Shown: positions 63,735 through 64,000 of the stretch, in pieces
How positions within the stretch are numbered: the first letter of the stretch is position 1
How the letters are laid out: each line of letters opens with the position of its first letter
From: Clostridia bacterium
Lineage (GTDB): Bacteria; Bacillota; Clostridia; Christensenellales; UBA1242
Assembly (NCBI GenBank): GCA_017621525.1
Contig: JAGASX010000017.1
Coordinates: forward strand, 1,138 to 65,137
Direction: 5' to 3'
DNA: 64,000 nt
Position numbers and translations under genes: made by a program
Notes under the pieces: model-generated
Seen by the model: the letters and a program-made list of their open reading frames with translations, nothing else
The model's database searches: none
Told to the model about the DNA's origin: nothing

Positions 63735-64000
63735 ATGTTACGTAAAAACTCAATTATAAAATTTGTTTTATTGGCTATCGTTGCAATTTTGGGCATACTG
63801 CTTTGCGTATGTCCTTTTGCTGTTCCATACTCTACTTCAAACTTTAATGGCTTTGTTGGCGCAATCAATAAAGGGGTAGACCTTAACGGCGGTGTTTCTG
63901 CTTTGTATGAATGTACTCTTGCAGACGGTAAAAGCGGGGATTTAAGCAAGGCAATTGACTCTTCACTTTCAAAACTTAAAACAATGTTTGATAATGAAGG
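63735..64000 (+). CDS. secD: protein translocase subunit SecD, N-terminal fragment (runs off the window)
   Basis: MLRKNSIIKFVLLAIVAILGILL...GVDLNGGVSALYE matches the SecD N-terminus. Promoter TTGACA/TATAAT is at about 63650..63680. No stop before the window end. Confidence 0.75.
   Translation, partial: MLRKNSIIKFVLLAIVAILGILLCVCPFAVPYSTSNFNGFVGAINKGVDLNGGVSALYECTLADGKSGDLSKAIDSSLSKLKTMFDNE

Noticed and set aside
1-64000. Searched for CRISPR arrays, IS elements, integrases, prophage blocks, toxin-antitoxin pairs and defence islands
   Set aside because: No direct-repeat/spacer pattern is present, no intergenic gap exceeds about 190 nt, and no transposase, recombinase, restriction, Cas or abortive-infection signature appears in any listed ORF. 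The window is essentially core genome.

Overview
AT-rich, about 95% coding chromosomal segment that reads as an endospore-forming Firmicutes/Clostridia-type bacterium using the standard bacterial code (TAA, TAG and TGA all end full-length genes). All homology calls come from motif recognition by eye; no searches were run. The window is mostly core housekeeping operons in a familiar clostridial order: ftsK-rimO-pgsA-recA; recD2-comFC; marR-cysS; PBP1A; miaB-mutS-mutL-miaA-ynbB-like; spoIIM-like-dac-scpA-scpB-spoIVFB-like; mnmA; degV-HIT-rnhA; ylbJ; pta-ackA; rpmF; plsX-rnc-smc-ftsY; a sigK-like pro-sigma factor; rnpB; rarA ... polA; ruvX-DUF1292; ytxC-like-T-box-thrS; yajC ... secD. RNA genes are tRNA-Glu(UUC), tRNA-Ser(GGA), RNase P RNA and a Thr T-box leader. 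I see no CRISPR array, transposase, integrase, prophage block or recognisable defence island, and no intergenic gap longer than about 190 nt, so I cannot support a clear novel multi-gene system. The items worth a second look are single genes or small modules: (1) an orphan 455-aa protein next to the sigK-like gene with a degenerate diadenylate-cyclase-like C-terminus; (2) a rarA / E2-acyltransferase-like (catalytic His replaced by Glu, poly-Lys tail) / small membrane protein trio chained by TAATG overlaps just upstream of polA; (3) a membrane class III cyclase homologue with both metal-binding Asp replaced; (4) a MiaB that ends before the TRAM domain; (5) a consensus promoter that places +1 on the ATG of an orphan gene, predicting a leaderless mRNA; and (6) several small ORFs and operator-like palindromes missing from the 60-aa ORF track.
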